Assembly (NCBI GenBank): GCA_965287045.1
Contig: OZ336878.1
Span: 69,688,001 to 69,752,000 of the forward strand
Direction: 5' to 3'
DNA length: 64,000 bases
From: Carcharhinus amblyrhynchos
Taxonomy: Eukaryota
How positions within the stretch are numbered: the stretch's first letter is position 1; each line of letters starts with the position of its first letter. The notes under the pieces were generated by a model that worked only from the letters and a program-made list of their open reading frames with translations, searched no databases and was not told the DNA's origin. Shown piece by piece: positions 63,334-64,000 of this stretch. Position numbers and translations under genes: made by a program.

Positions 63334-64000
63334 AGTTTCCATTTTGATTTTAAAAACCTATAGTCCACTGATGGATGTATTTGATACCATATTTAGAAGC
63401 TATGAAATTCTCTTGAAGGTGATTTTTATATCAATTAATGTTTAAAATCTTGACTTTTTTTTGTTACCCTATTTATTGATCTTTTCTAGTCCCATGTCCA
63501 TTATCTTTCACGTTATAGTGAACGAAAACCTAGATGATCAGAAGATTAAGGTTCACTATACTATACCTCAATACTGGGCTTTATCCACAAGAGGAGAATT
63601 CCCAATTGCATGTGTACCACCATTCTGTTTTCCATCCTTATAGTGTATGAATGATTTAGTTTTGTGTTATGAGCCTGTAGCTAAAAAGAATTGCCCACTG
63701 CCCAAGCTCTACACTCAGGATTGTTGCAACTGGGAGAAGTTCTCTTGTATCAATTTGGACTCAATACAGAATCCCAGAAATGAATGCTTAGCCCTTTGCC
63801 TTTCCAATCTGTCCTGATTTGTTATCATTTTCAAATGTGACACAGTGTAAAGAAACAAGAGTAAGCTATGATGTATCTTTGAGGAATAGCTCTAAACAAA
63901 TGTAATGTATTGCAGAACTACACCTCCAAGCCCTGCAACTCAACACTGGCAATCGGTATGTGGTCATCCATCAGGCCAACCATCTGGACCCAGGCCTACC

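Noticed and set aside
1-64000. CRISPR arrays, operons or other prokaryotic systems
   Set aside because: The sequence is a spliced eukaryotic locus with no regularly spaced repeat-spacer structure or dense coding organisation.

Overview
This window is vertebrate genomic DNA, almost certainly from an elasmobranch (shark). That assignment is inferred from HE1/V-SINE, DeuSINE, CR1, Rex1/Babar, Penelope and Harbinger-type repeats. The + strand carries five phase-compatible coding exons of dynamin-3 (dnm3), covering the PH domain, the GED and the start of the proline-rich region, at 4558-4671, 37166-37275, 51842-51953, 57498-57662 and 60668-60894. The ~32.5 kb intron after the first of these exons holds the antisense miR-199/miR-214 cluster (the Dnm3os arrangement). 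The cluster lies in a transposon-poor zone and has a candidate CArG/ETS/E-box promoter. The rest is decayed mobile DNA: a full-span Gypsy LTR element with nested insertions, two Harbinger transposase remnants, a MITE family with ATT target duplications, a solo LTR nested in a Rex1/Babar LINE, and Penelope-related elements carrying minimal hammerhead-ribozyme cores. One of those cores sits in a 187-bp near-perfect palindrome. Most ORFs in the supplied track are spurious or are transposon fragments. All family assignments come from motif recognition, not from database searches.
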